Both the position numbers and the translations under genes were made by a program. A stretch of 64,000 nucleotides of DNA from a bacterium (GTDB lineage: Bacteria; Cyanobacteriota; Vampirovibrionia; Gastranaerophilales; JBAXKC01). The DNA lies in NCBI GenBank assembly GCA_037137535.1, contig JBAXKC010000001.1, positions 256,001 through 320,000 of the forward strand. Reading direction: 5' to 3'. The notes beneath the pieces are model-generated. The model was not told the DNA's origin and ran no database searches. It saw nothing but the letters and a program-made list of their open reading frames with translations. This document shows positions 38,603-49,115 of this stretch, piece by piece. Position 1 is the stretch's first letter, and each line of letters begins with the position of its first letter.

Positions 38603-39364
38603 ATGAAAACATTTTACTTTACTGGTACAGGAAACAGCTTATGCGTTGCAAAAAGAATCGGTGGAGAACTATATTCAATTCCTCAAATACTAAAGGAAGG
38701 AAAGTATAAATTTGAAGCTGATGTAATTGGTTTAGTTTTTCCGTGTTATGGCTTTGGACTGCCACGTATTGTCTTGGAATTTTTAAAACAGTCAAAATTA
38801 AAGGCTAACTTCTTTTTTGCAGTTATGACCTATGGAAATATATCAGCATCAGGACTGAAACACATAGAGGACACTGGAAGAGAAATGGGGATTCGGTTTA
38901 ATTATACAAATGAAATACTAATGATTGATAATTATCTGCCTTTGTTTAAGATAGAAGACCAGCTTGAAAAAGAAAGCTCAAAAAAAATTGAAGAAAAACT
39001 GAACCAAATAATAAATGATATTAATAACAGACAAGAAAAGCAAATAAGAAAAGGAATTTTATCGAATTTTATTTCCCGTCCAGTCAATAACTTAACCATC
39101 AAACATCATTGTGATTTCGGAGATAAGGCGTTTAGTGTTAATAACAATTGCAATAGCTGCAAAATATGCGAGAAAGTTTGTCCTACAAATAATATTAAAG
39201 TTAGAGTGAAACCTGAATATATGCATAAATGCGAAAGTTGTTTTGCTTGCATTCACCATTGCCCACAAAACGCAATACATGTAAAATTTGAGAGAAGCAA
39301 AGCCAGATTTATTAATCAGAATGTGAACCTAAAAGAAATAATGGAGGCGAACAATCAATTATGA
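38603..39364 (+). CDS. EFR1-type flavodoxin-ferredoxin fusion
   Basis: YFTGTGNS; CNSCKICEKVCP and CESCFACIHHCP. Confidence 0.9.
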   Translation: MKTFYFTGTGNSLCVAKRIGGELYSIPQILKEGKYKFEADVIGLVFPCYGFGLPRIVLEFLKQSKLKANFFFAVMTYGNISASGLKHIEDTGREMGIRFNYTNEILMIDNYLPLFKIEDQLEKESSKKIEEKLNQIINDINNRQEKQIRKGILSNFISRPVNNLTIKHHCDFGDKAFSVNNNCNSCKICEKVCPTNNIKVRVKPEYMHKCESCFACIHHCPQNAIHVKFERSKARFINQNVNLKEIMEANNQL

Positions 39365-39455
39365 AAAGAATAAACACACAGTTTTTATTACAGGAGCAAA
39401 CTGTGTCATCGGTTACGAATTAAGCAGATTATTTGTAAAAAAAATTTTGATTTAA
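39361..39455 (+). pseudogene. Remnant of a short-chain dehydrogenase N-terminus
   Basis: ATG overlaps the upstream stop; a shifted frame reads KHTVFITGANCVIGYELSRLFVKK* (TGAxxGIG-like). Confidence 0.55.
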
Positions 39456-39491
39456 ATCACTTTACAGAATGCCTAGATATATTATTACTTG

Positions 39492-39532
39492 AGAGAATAT
39501 TGGTGTGGGGTTAAACCCACACCAATATTCTC
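39492..39532. repeat. Long palindrome with REP-like core
   Basis: AGAGAATATTGGTGTGGG...CCCACACCAATATTCTCT (18-bp stem). Confidence 0.7.
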
Positions 39533-39553
39533 TTTTAGGCTTGCCTATATTTT

Positions 39554-39862
39554 TTATTTATTGCTAGACTCTTCATATTCCTTGATAAAATCTTCCACCT
39601 GCTTAATTTGCTTTTCTTTTTTATCTATAACAGCTTGGGCAAATTGTTTTACGCCGTTGGTTTTTATCTTATTCATGTAGCTTTTAGATATTTTAAGCGT
39701 TTTTTTATCCTGTTTTAAAATTTTATTTACATATTCCAAATCATAATCAATTGCCTTTTTCTGCCCATAATCATATGGAGGTGCGGCATGAGATTGACTT
39801 GCAGCTATAAAAAGAATACTGAATGCAACTAATGCAGCTAACTTTGAATTTAATTTTTTCAT
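39554..39862 (-). CDS. Small secreted helical protein
   Basis: Signal peptide ending SQSHA; AGAGGA RBS. Confidence 0.65.
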   Translation of the reverse strand: MKKLNSKLAALVAFSILFIAASQSHAAPPYDYGQKKAIDYDLEYVNKILKQDKKTLKISKSYMNKIKTNGVKQFAQAVIDKKEKQIKQVEDFIKEYEESSNK

Positions 39863-39946
39863 ATTAATAATCCTCTTTGTAAGTAACTTTAAACAAAATA
39901 AAAATCTCCGTTCTAACTAAAGAACAAATTTCACAGTTTCAAGTCT

Positions 39947-40333
39947 CTAAATTACGAGGATTACTGTTTTTAGAAAACTAAGTTGATTATATATTTTTTT
40001 ATTACTATATATATTCCAATTTATTTTATTGTATTTTTCTTCAAAACTTACTCTAAATGAGGAAATTTGGCTCTTTCCAGCGATAAGCCTAGATAAAGTA
40101 TAATTCCTCAAAAGCTGTTGACATTGATTATGAACTATTTCTTGAGCAATACAATTGCATTTTGATTTGTCCGTTGAATAGTCCTTGCAGTGGCAAGACT
40201 CATTTTCGTATATATTTATGCCAACATGTTTAGAATCTTCAGCACCATAGCAAATACTTATTCCGCATAATATATATATACATAAAAAAACACAAGCTAT
40301 GCTTTTTTTTAAAATATTTAAATTTAGCTTCAT
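39947..40333 (-). CDS. Hypothetical Cys-containing exported protein
   Basis: Hydrophobic N-terminus; CHC and CNC motifs. Confidence 0.45.
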   Translation of the reverse strand: MKLNLNILKKSIACVFLCIYILCGISICYGAEDSKHVGINIYENESCHCKDYSTDKSKCNCIAQEIVHNQCQQLLRNYTLSRLIAGKSQISSFRVSFEEKYNKINWNIYSNKKIYNQLSFLKTVILVI

Positions 40334-40430
40334 TTACTATGCACCCTAGTCTTTAATTTGAATTTTATTTTAAAGCATTATAATTGTCAAATATGCTCTT
40401 AAAGAGTTATAGTATGGTTTTAAACCCTAC

Positions 40431-41573
40431 CTATGGGCTCTTTATGTTTAATAAAACTAAATTCTTAATATAATTATCTTGTGACTTTTCAGCATATTTA
40501 ACAGATTTTTCATCTATTTTTGCACCAGAATTTATAAGACATTCAACAATTTCTGCTTGCTTTGTTTTTATAGCATAAGTTAAAGCAGTCTTCCCCCAAT
40601 ATATTACATTAGGATCAGCACCTTTATTAATTAATAATTCTGCTATTTCAGACTGTTTATTAATAATAGCCCAAATTAATGGATAAGTCCCCACCGATTT
40701 TTGATTAGGATTAGCACCGGCCTCAATTAACATTTCTGCTATTTCGGATTGTTTATTCTTAATTGCTAGGGTTAAAAAATATGGCCCCCAATCTTGTTGA
40801 TTAGGATTAGCGCCTGCTTTTAATAAAACATCAACCATTCTAAGATTATTTGCTTTTATTGCCATTCCAAGTAATGAATTAAAACCATAAGTGTCATTTG
40901 GATTCATTCCTGTTTTCATATAAGCTTCAACTAAATCAACATCATTATTTTGAACACAATTAACAATATCTATGTCTTTATATTTGGCATGCTGATAATC
41001 GACGAGACTTTGATAATATTTATCATCTTTTACAATATTAGCAGCAGAGGACTTGATTGTTTTCAAATGATCATTAACTAAAAACTGAAACGCCACAAGA
41101 GGATTTATGTATATCTTTGATAAAAATAATACTCTTGTCGTATCTTTGGCACCGATTAAATAATTAGACGGAAACGGCTGAAATAATTTATCAAGAGCAA
41201 TAACCTTTCCTTCTAGATAAGCAAATGATACCGCGTTTATAAGCAAATCATTTGGGCTATTATAAAACATAAGAGTTGATGTTGTCACCTTATTTATTCT
41301 ATCAGGAGCCGTCATTTCTTTTAATATAATAGGCTTTCCAGTTTTGTTTGTTATTAGATACTCATATATAGCAGCCTTCTTATCTTGAATCATTCCGAAG
41401 CCAGGCTCATATTTATTGCTAGTAATTTTTATGTTATTGTCTTCAAATTCAAGTACAGTATTACCAATTGCTGTATTTGATATAGGTTTTTCATATGACT
41501 GAAAGCTACTTTGAGCGAAAGATGGGCTAGATAATACAACAACAGCAATAAAGACTAAAAATAATTTTTTCAT
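40431..41573 (-). CDS. Secreted ankyrin-repeat protein
   Basis: Signal peptide; repeated LxxAI...SEIAExLIxxGAxPN units. Confidence 0.88.
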   Translation of the reverse strand: MKKLFLVFIAVVVLSSPSFAQSSFQSYEKPISNTAIGNTVLEFEDNNIKITSNKYEPGFGMIQDKKAAIYEYLITNKTGKPIILKEMTAPDRINKVTTSTLMFYNSPNDLLINAVSFAYLEGKVIALDKLFQPFPSNYLIGAKDTTRVLFLSKIYINPLVAFQFLVNDHLKTIKSSAANIVKDDKYYQSLVDYQHAKYKDIDIVNCVQNNDVDLVEAYMKTGMNPNDTYGFNSLLGMAIKANNLRMVDVLLKAGANPNQQDWGPYFLTLAIKNKQSEIAEMLIEAGANPNQKSVGTYPLIWAIINKQSEIAELLINKGADPNVIYWGKTALTYAIKTKQAEIVECLINSGAKIDEKSVKYAEKSQDNYIKNLVLLNIKSP

Positions 41574-41670
41574 TAAACCCCCTTGAATAGGCTTTTAAAA
41601 ACAGAATGAACCAAAATTGCAACAAAAAATCAGCCTCTATAAAATCGGCTGAAGTCTTACAAATAGAAAA

Positions 41671-41744
<74 letters not shown>

Positions 41745-41806
41745 GTATTTGAATTTCTATACAATTATACTAAAACAAATATTATAAGAAATCAAATATT
41801 TTTTAT

Positions 41807-43960
41807 TTATTTTTTTAACAGTTCTAAACCTATTCTTTTTAATTCCTTATCAACGGTTAAAACCTTTACTTTAACGCTATCTCCAGCTGATACGATTTCA
41901 TGAGGGCTTTTAATGTAGGTTTTACCCATGTTTGAAATGTGAATTAATCCGTCCTGATGAACACCTATATCAACGAATGCCCCGAAGTTGGTTACATTTG
42001 TTATACTTCCATCAAGTTCCATACCTTCGATAAGATCTTTAATTTCATTTATATCATTACTGAATTCAACTGACTTAAAGTCTTCTCTAGGGTCTAATCC
42101 CGGTTTTTTAAGCTCTTTAACAATGTCTTGAAGGGTTGGAAGTCCAATTTCTTCGGTGATATATTCTTTTAAACTTATTCCTTCAATTAACTCAACGTTT
42201 CCTATAAGGTTTTTAACATCAGTTTTAAGGTCTTTAGCCATTTTTTGAACTATTTTATAGCTTTCAGGGTGTATGCCTGAATTATCAAGAGGGTTTTCAC
42301 TTTCTCTTATTCTTAAAAAGCCTGCACATTGTTCAAAAGCCTTGTTTCCAAGTTTTGGGACTTTTATTATTTCTTTTCTTTGTTTAAAAGAACCATTTTG
42401 AGCCCTGTATTCAACTATATTTTTTGCAATTGCTTTTCCGATACCTGAAACATGTGAAAGCAATTGAGCTGAAGCTGTGTTTAATTCAACTCCTACAAAG
42501 TTTACGGCTGATTCTACCGATAAATCAAGAGATTTTTTAAGATCACTTTGATTTACATCATGCTGATATTGACCGACACCTATAGACTTAGGGTCGATTT
42601 TAACCAATTCTGCTAAAGGATCTTGAAGCCTTCTTGCAATGCTTATCGCTCCTCTTACAGTAACATCAAGATCAGGAAATTCTTCTATCGCTACATCAGA
42701 TGCAGAGTACACTGAAGCGCCTGCTTCATTCACTACAATAGATTTAATATTTTCAATATTATTTTTTTTGAGAACGTTATTTATAAACTGACTACTTTCT
42801 TTTGAAGCCGTACCATTTCCAATAGAAATAAGCTCAATATCATATTCTTTAATAAATCTTAAAACAGTTCTTTCGGCTTGAGCAACATTTTTTTGCGGCT
42901 CATGTGGGAATATAGCTTCATATTCTTTAAAGTTACCGTTTTTATCTATAATTGCAACCTTACAACCTGTTCTAAAGCCAGGATCAACACCCATAATCAT
43001 TTTATGCCCTGCAGGTGGAGAAAGAAGAAGATTTTTAAGATTTTTTGAAAATACATTTATAGCTTCTTTTTCAGCTTCTTCATTTTTTGAATTAATAACC
43101 TCAGTTTCAATTGAGGGGAATATTAATCTATCAAAACAATCTTCGATTGCATCAAGAATATCTTCATAAAAAAGACTTTTATACTGCTTGATAACCTTAG
43201 AATCAATATATTCAAGTGCTCTTTCATCATCTAAAGTTATTTTATAGCTCAATACATTTTCTTTTGCACCTCTTTTGATTGCCAGAAAACGATGTGAAGG
43301 GATTTTTTTAATTGGTTCATTAAAATCATAGTAATTTTCAAACTTAGACTTTTTACCTTCCCATTCTTTTTTAACTTTAGAGACAAGAAGACCTGTATTA
43401 AAGGTTAAATTACGCAAATATCCTCTTATTTCAGCATTATCAGCAATACTTTCAGCTATAATGTCTTGTGCGCCTTTAAGTGCCTCTTGTGCAGTTTTAA
43501 CACCTTTTTCAACATCTACATATTTATTTAATATTGTTTCTTTTGATTCATTTGTTTTTGATTGTTCTATAATAAAGTCCGCAAGCGGTTCAAGTCCTTT
43601 TTCTCTTGCGATTTGGGCTTTTGTACGTTTTTTAGGCTTATAAGGTAAATATAAATCTTCAAGTTTTTGTTTTTCGGTACAATCTTCTATTTCCTTTTGA
43701 AGATCAGGCGTAATTTTACCTAATTCTATAATAGTTTTAAGAACAGTTTCTTTACGTTTTTGTAATTCTTTATAATATTCTAATCTTTCAGAGACTTGCT
43801 TAACCTTTATTTCGTCAAGCTCGCCTGTTTTTTCTTTTCTATATCTTGAGATAAAAGGAATGGTAGCTCCTTCTTCAAATAATTCAACCGTATTTTCAAC
43901 TTGCCAGTTTTTTACGCCTAATTCTTTTGTTATTTGTTCAGTTATAAAATTGCCGCCCAT
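41807..43960 (-). CDS. tex: Tex family RNA-binding protein
   Basis: TIPFISRYRKE, DPGFRTGCK, VNEAGASVYSAS, and a C-terminal S1 domain (NFGAFVDIGVHQDGLIHIS). Confidence 0.96.
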   Translation of the reverse strand: MGGNFITEQITKELGVKNWQVENTVELFEEGATIPFISRYRKEKTGELDEIKVKQVSERLEYYKELQKRKETVLKTIIELGKITPDLQKEIEDCTEKQKLEDLYLPYKPKKRTKAQIAREKGLEPLADFIIEQSKTNESKETILNKYVDVEKGVKTAQEALKGAQDIIAESIADNAEIRGYLRNLTFNTGLLVSKVKKEWEGKKSKFENYYDFNEPIKKIPSHRFLAIKRGAKENVLSYKITLDDERALEYIDSKVIKQYKSLFYEDILDAIEDCFDRLIFPSIETEVINSKNEEAEKEAINVFSKNLKNLLLSPPAGHKMIMGVDPGFRTGCKVAIIDKNGNFKEYEAIFPHEPQKNVAQAERTVLRFIKEYDIELISIGNGTASKESSQFINNVLKKNNIENIKSIVVNEAGASVYSASDVAIEEFPDLDVTVRGAISIARRLQDPLAELVKIDPKSIGVGQYQHDVNQSDLKKSLDLSVESAVNFVGVELNTASAQLLSHVSGIGKAIAKNIVEYRAQNGSFKQRKEIIKVPKLGNKAFEQCAGFLRIRESENPLDNSGIHPESYKIVQKMAKDLKTDVKNLIGNVELIEGISLKEYITEEIGLPTLQDIVKELKKPGLDPREDFKSVEFSNDINEIKDLIEGMELDGSITNVTNFGAFVDIGVHQDGLIHISNMGKTYIKSPHEIVSAGDSVKVKVLTVDKELKRIGLELLKK

Positions 43961-44073
43961 TATTTTCCCCTCTTTAGATATAAAGGGAGTATACCATAAA
44001 CAAGGGATAATATTAAAACCCAGCGATTTTTACGCACAAAAAAGGAGCTTATCGCTCCTTTTAAGGTTATGTT

Positions 44074-45393
44074 TTATCTTACACTCATACCTTCGTTAAG
44101 ATATTTAATTAGAGGATAGATAAAGAACTCAATAATTCTACGTTTTCCTGTTTTAATTTCGGCGGTAAGACTCATACCGGAGGAAATACCCATTCTTTTT
44201 CCTTCAACTTTAAATTCTTTTTTCTCAGGAACGATATAAACCTCATAAACAGGGCCTAATGTCTTATCATCAATACTATCTTTTGCTATTTGAGTAACTT
44301 TTCCACCTAAAAGGCCATATTTTTGGAAGTCAAAAGTATCAACTTTAATACTTACGTCCATGTTTTTACGAATAAACCCTATATCCTTGTTTAAAACAGT
44401 TGCTTTAATTAATAAAGGTGAATTACTGGGATACATTGAGATTAATTTCTGTGCAGGTGTTACAACACCGCCTTTTGTATGAACAAAAAGCTCATTAATA
44501 TAACCATCATCAGGAGCAGTAAGAACTTGTTTTTTATTTCTATATGCAGATTGATCTAATTGAGCTTTTAACTGAATCGATTGTTTTGTCTTATCTGCAA
44601 GTTCTTTTAATAACTCCGAACGGAAATTTTGACGAAGATAGCCCATTTCTTGAACAATTTGTCTTTTTTGCTGACTTAATTCCGATACTTTATAATTTGA
44701 ACTTTGTATATTTGCCGTATTAGTTGTAATCTCATCAGCAACCTTGTCATAATCATCTTTAGGAATAATATCAATAATCGGCTTTAATCGTTTTTCTTTT
44801 GAACTGGCCGTCCCTAAAAGTTTTCTATATTGATATTTTTGAGAAACAGCAGTTCTTATTTGCTCGTCTGTTTTACTTAATTCAGTATGTTTAGCGGCAA
44901 GTTGACTGCTTATACTTTCCCTTAAGGAGTTATAAACATCTTCCTGTTCGATAATATCATTTAAATCATATTTTTTAAATGATGGAGTAAATGCTCTACC
45001 CTCTGTAAGTGCTTTTAGTCTTTCAATTTCAAGAGAGATATATTTGTAGCTTTTTTCAAGCGATGTAAGTTCTGTTTTTGTTGTAGAAGGATCAATATCA
45101 ATAACAGGTTGACCTTTTTTTACAAAATCGCCTTCTCTTACATGAATAGTTCCAACTACACCTGAATCAAGCGGCTGTATTACCTTTATTTCACCGTCAG
45201 GAATTACTTTACCTCTGGCACTAACAACAATATCAATTTGCCCTACAGACGTCCAGATTATAAAGAAAAATATTATAGTTACAACAATCCAAAAGACAAA
45301 ACGACCTAATGGACTGACGGGTTCATCCTCTATTTCAGCAATAGCGGGTTTGAATTGATAGCTGTCATCTTTTGAAAAGATTTTTTTTAACAT
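44074..45393 (-). CDS. Type I secretion membrane fusion protein (HlyD family)
   Basis: One TM helix, IDIVVSARGK, coiled coil, and GMSLTAEIKTGKRRIIEF. Confidence 0.93.
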   Translation of the reverse strand: MLKKIFSKDDSYQFKPAIAEIEDEPVSPLGRFVFWIVVTIIFFFIIWTSVGQIDIVVSARGKVIPDGEIKVIQPLDSGVVGTIHVREGDFVKKGQPVIDIDPSTTKTELTSLEKSYKYISLEIERLKALTEGRAFTPSFKKYDLNDIIEQEDVYNSLRESISSQLAAKHTELSKTDEQIRTAVSQKYQYRKLLGTASSKEKRLKPIIDIIPKDDYDKVADEITTNTANIQSSNYKVSELSQQKRQIVQEMGYLRQNFRSELLKELADKTKQSIQLKAQLDQSAYRNKKQVLTAPDDGYINELFVHTKGGVVTPAQKLISMYPSNSPLLIKATVLNKDIGFIRKNMDVSIKVDTFDFQKYGLLGGKVTQIAKDSIDDKTLGPVYEVYIVPEKKEFKVEGKRMGISSGMSLTAEIKTGKRRIIEFFIYPLIKYLNEGMSVR

Positions 45394-47495
45394 TCATCGC
45401 TCTCCTGCTGGGTATAAAGATGATGGTAATAACCTTGGGCTTTCAGTAACTCATCATGAGAACCAGCTTCTATAATTTTACCTTTATCCATTGCGATAAT
45501 AATATCACAATCTTTGACGGTAAACAGTCTATGCGCAATTATCAGAGTAGTTCTACCTTTTTTAATTCGGCTCATATTATTTTGAATAATTTTTTCAGAT
45601 TCATAATCCAGTGCTGAGGTTGCCTCATCAAAAATCAATATCTTAGGGTTAGTAATAATAGCTCTTGCAATTGCAACTCTTTGACGTTGTCCACCGGAAA
45701 GAGTTGAACCTCTTTCTCCTACAAGTGTATCATATCCTTCAGGCAATTGCGAAATAAACTCATGAGCTCCTGCGATTCTTGCAGCCTCAATAATTACTTC
45801 CATAGGTGCTCCCGGACGAGCTAATGAAATATTTTCTCTTATAGTTCCGCTGAACAGGTAATTATCTTGTAACACAATTCCCATGTTATTTCTTAACCAT
45901 AAAGGGTTCATATGCTTAATATCTACGTCGTCAACATAGATAGCACCTTCATTTGTAAGATAAAGTCTTTGAATTAACTTAGTAACAGTACTTTTACCGC
46001 TACCACTTCTTCCTACAAGACCAACGGACATACCGGGCTGTACGGTAAAGCAAACTCTATCAAGGATATAAGGGGAACTCATATTGTATTTAAAACATAC
46101 ATTATCAAAACGAATGGATCCCTTAACATCATGGAGGGTAATTGCTTTATCCGTTTGAATTTCCACAGGGTTATTTAAAATATCACCAAGTCTATCAACT
46201 GCAAGTAACGTTTGTTGAAATTCATTCCATAAGTTTACAAGCCTTAAAACAGGGTTAGTAAACTGATTCGCAAACATTTGAAATGCGATTAACTGACCGA
46301 TTGTTAATTTATTCTCGATAACAAGCCTTACACCTATGTAAAGTACGAAAATAGTCATTAATTTTTGCAATCCACTTGAAGTAGCACCTGTTACAGTTGC
46401 CATATTAGAAAGATTGAAACTTGATCTTACATAGTTTGAAAGATAATCTTCCCATTTCTTTTGCATAGTTCCTTCTATGGATAGAGATTTAATGGTTTGA
46501 ATACCTGTTACAGACTCAACAAGATAAGAATTTGATTGAGCTGCCATTTGAAACTTATCATTAAGTCTTTTTCTAAGTTCAGGTGTAATAGTTACATAAA
46601 TTACAGCGACCATAGAAATAAATGCTAATACGATAAATGTAAGTTTAACGCTGTACAAGAACATTACCGCAACAAAAACAAGTGAGAAAAATAAATCAAT
46701 AATTAGAGAAACTGACTTGTTTGTAATAAATTCCCTGATAGAATCAAGCTCTCGAACTCTTGCGATAATATTTCCTACTTTTCTGTTTTCAAAATATACA
46801 AATGGAAGCGAGAATAAGTGCTTGAAAAGTTTTGCTCCTAATTTCGCATCAATTTTATTTGAAGTATGTATGAAAATATAATTTCTGGAAAGATTTAATA
46901 GGAATTCAAAAACGGTTACAGCAACGAAAGCAACTGCAAGCACATCAAGTGTTGTCAAACTGCGATGTACAATAACTTTATCGAGAATTACCTGAGTGAA
47001 CAATGGTGTTATAAGTCCAAAAAGCTGAACAATAAAAGAACCTAACAATACTTCAGCTATAACTGTTTTATAGCGCATAATTTCATTATAAAACCAGATG
47101 AAACCAAAAGTGATCTTAGCTTGATTAACCTTTGGCTTTAATATAATAAAACGACCAGAACCTTCTTCGGCTAAAGCTTGAAAGGTTAACTCTTTTGATA
47201 TTCTTTCAATAGTGTCAAAAATAAGAACCTTTTTATGCTCACTATTCAAACTTAAAATAATTTTATAATTTTTTTCTTTAGTTATATAAATAGCAGGTAA
47301 TGGATATTTTTCCAGCTGTTCCATAGTAATAGATTTGAACTTAGCTTTAAATCCATTATTTTGCATTATTCTAAGTAAATCGTAGTCAAGAATCTCGTTT
47401 TCATTTAAGCCATATTCTTTTATAATGGCTTGAATGTCGACATCAATTTGATTTATTCTTGCAACAACTTCAAAAGCTATTAGCCCAGTTTGCAT
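45387..47495 (-). CDS. Type I secretion ABC transporter (HlyB family, C39-like domain)
   Basis: LITPLFTQVILDKV, GRSGSGKST, LSGGQRQR, and DEATSALD. Confidence 0.95.
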   Translation of the reverse strand: MQTGLIAFEVVARINQIDVDIQAIIKEYGLNENEILDYDLLRIMQNNGFKAKFKSITMEQLEKYPLPAIYITKEKNYKIILSLNSEHKKVLIFDTIERISKELTFQALAEEGSGRFIILKPKVNQAKITFGFIWFYNEIMRYKTVIAEVLLGSFIVQLFGLITPLFTQVILDKVIVHRSLTTLDVLAVAFVAVTVFEFLLNLSRNYIFIHTSNKIDAKLGAKLFKHLFSLPFVYFENRKVGNIIARVRELDSIREFITNKSVSLIIDLFFSLVFVAVMFLYSVKLTFIVLAFISMVAVIYVTITPELRKRLNDKFQMAAQSNSYLVESVTGIQTIKSLSIEGTMQKKWEDYLSNYVRSSFNLSNMATVTGATSSGLQKLMTIFVLYIGVRLVIENKLTIGQLIAFQMFANQFTNPVLRLVNLWNEFQQTLLAVDRLGDILNNPVEIQTDKAITLHDVKGSIRFDNVCFKYNMSSPYILDRVCFTVQPGMSVGLVGRSGSGKSTVTKLIQRLYLTNEGAIYVDDVDIKHMNPLWLRNNMGIVLQDNYLFSGTIRENISLARPGAPMEVIIEAARIAGAHEFISQLPEGYDTLVGERGSTLSGGQRQRVAIARAIITNPKILIFDEATSALDYESEKIIQNNMSRIKKGRTTLIIAHRLFTVKDCDIIIAMDKGKIIEAGSHDELLKAQGYYHHLYTQQESDEC

Positions 47496-47590
47496 CTTTT
47501 ACCCTTTAAATAACTTGTAGTAGATAGATTATAGCTATAAATTTGTTTTTTGCAAATCAACCTACAAGAGGAGTTATTTACAAAATTAAT

Positions 47591-48901
47591 TTATAACGTC
47601 TGAGCAAGAGCCTGAATTTTCTTAGCAGCTGCAACTTTTCTTATAATAGATTCTTCCAACTGTGATTTTAAATCTAATAATTCTGTCTCAATTTGGAATA
47701 ATAATTCTTTTTCAACCATATTTTCACCGGAAAGTCTTTCAATCATAGAAAGTTTTTGATTAACATTTCCTAATAACTGTTGCTTACCTTTTAATTCTGC
47801 ATCCATTGTAAAATAATCAACTTGTATGGATTTTAATTGATTTTTATATTGAGCAACTTTTTTGTTTTTTTCATTTTCAAGCTTTGCCAATTCAAGTCTT
47901 AATTTTTTTACATCATTCATATTTTCAAATCCATCAAATAAAGTCATTTGAGTGGAAAAGCCAAAGTTTAATGCTCTTTGTCTAATATTTTCAAGAGATT
48001 TCATGTAATTATTTTTATCATCTCCATAAAGGTTATATGAAGAGAATAATTGAAACTGAGGTAAGTATTTTTTCTTTGCAATTTCAATTTCATCCTTTTT
48101 TTTGTTTATTTCTAATTGAGCTTGTTGAAATTCAGGGGTTTTTTCCAAATTAACTACTGTAGTGGAAATATCAGGAATTTCTGCATAATCTTCAAGTTTT
48201 GTACTATCATTATACTCTTCATTTGTATAAAAAGACAATTTGTTTAAAGTGTTTTGTAATTTTGCCTGTTCTTTATTTATTTCATCAATAGTTTTTGCCA
48301 TATTAATAGCTGAGTCAGTAAGATCAATTTTTGAGATTTTACCTGCATTATATAGTTTTTCTTTTATTTTAAAAAGACCATTATATGAGTTTAAAACAGC
48401 TTTTTTAGACGTAATAGTTTTATATGAAGACAAAGCTTCTGTATAAATATCAATTATATTTACGGTTAAATCTCTCTTTGTTTTAAATGCCTCAATACTT
48501 TTAATGGTCATATCCTTTTTAGCCATATTTAACTTACCTTTTCGTTGACCAAAATCATAAAGGTCATAATTCAAGCCTAAATAAGCTAAGTTTTGATATT
48601 GGATAGTACCAATAGTAGTCTGACCAACCGAAATTACACTGGCATTCTGACCTTGCAAATTTTTAGAATATTGGGAATTAAATCCTGTTTGCAGTTTAGG
48701 GAAATAAGAGGACTTTGCCTTACCTATTTCCGCTTTGCTTATTCCGATATCCAGCTTAGCAGCTTTAATATCAAAAGAATTACAGATGGCTTTGTCCAAA
48801 GTCTGCTCAAAACTTATTGACTCTGCCATCGTTGAATTTTGGCACAGACAATAAACTAAACCTATTATAAATGAGACAACCCCAGCCTTGAACTTTTTCA
48901 T
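47591..48901 (-). CDS. TolC family outer membrane protein
   Basis: Signal peptide; AKSSYFPKL and AKKKYLPQF repeats; LYDFG and LFDGF. Confidence 0.9.
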   Translation of the reverse strand: MKKFKAGVVSFIIGLVYCLCQNSTMAESISFEQTLDKAICNSFDIKAAKLDIGISKAEIGKAKSSYFPKLQTGFNSQYSKNLQGQNASVISVGQTTIGTIQYQNLAYLGLNYDLYDFGQRKGKLNMAKKDMTIKSIEAFKTKRDLTVNIIDIYTEALSSYKTITSKKAVLNSYNGLFKIKEKLYNAGKISKIDLTDSAINMAKTIDEINKEQAKLQNTLNKLSFYTNEEYNDSTKLEDYAEIPDISTTVVNLEKTPEFQQAQLEINKKKDEIEIAKKKYLPQFQLFSSYNLYGDDKNNYMKSLENIRQRALNFGFSTQMTLFDGFENMNDVKKLRLELAKLENEKNKKVAQYKNQLKSIQVDYFTMDAELKGKQQLLGNVNQKLSMIERLSGENMVEKELLFQIETELLDLKSQLEESIIRKVAAAKKIQALAQTL

Positions 48902-49115
48902 CTTAATTTCAGATCACACGATTATGGATACTAAACATATATTTGACTAAATATACCGAATTTTCAAGTAAATAAATGTATATATATTTAATGATAAGAA
49001 TTAAAAAATACTTGACATATATTCAAATATTACTAAATATTTGCAGGCATTATATTTTTATGACAAAAAGCTCACTATTTTAATGATAGTGAGCCTTTAA
49101 GTATTTTTATATTAA

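Noticed and set aside
39489-39680. 63-aa plus-strand ORF
   Set aside because: It starts inside a palindrome and overlaps a better-supported minus-strand gene.
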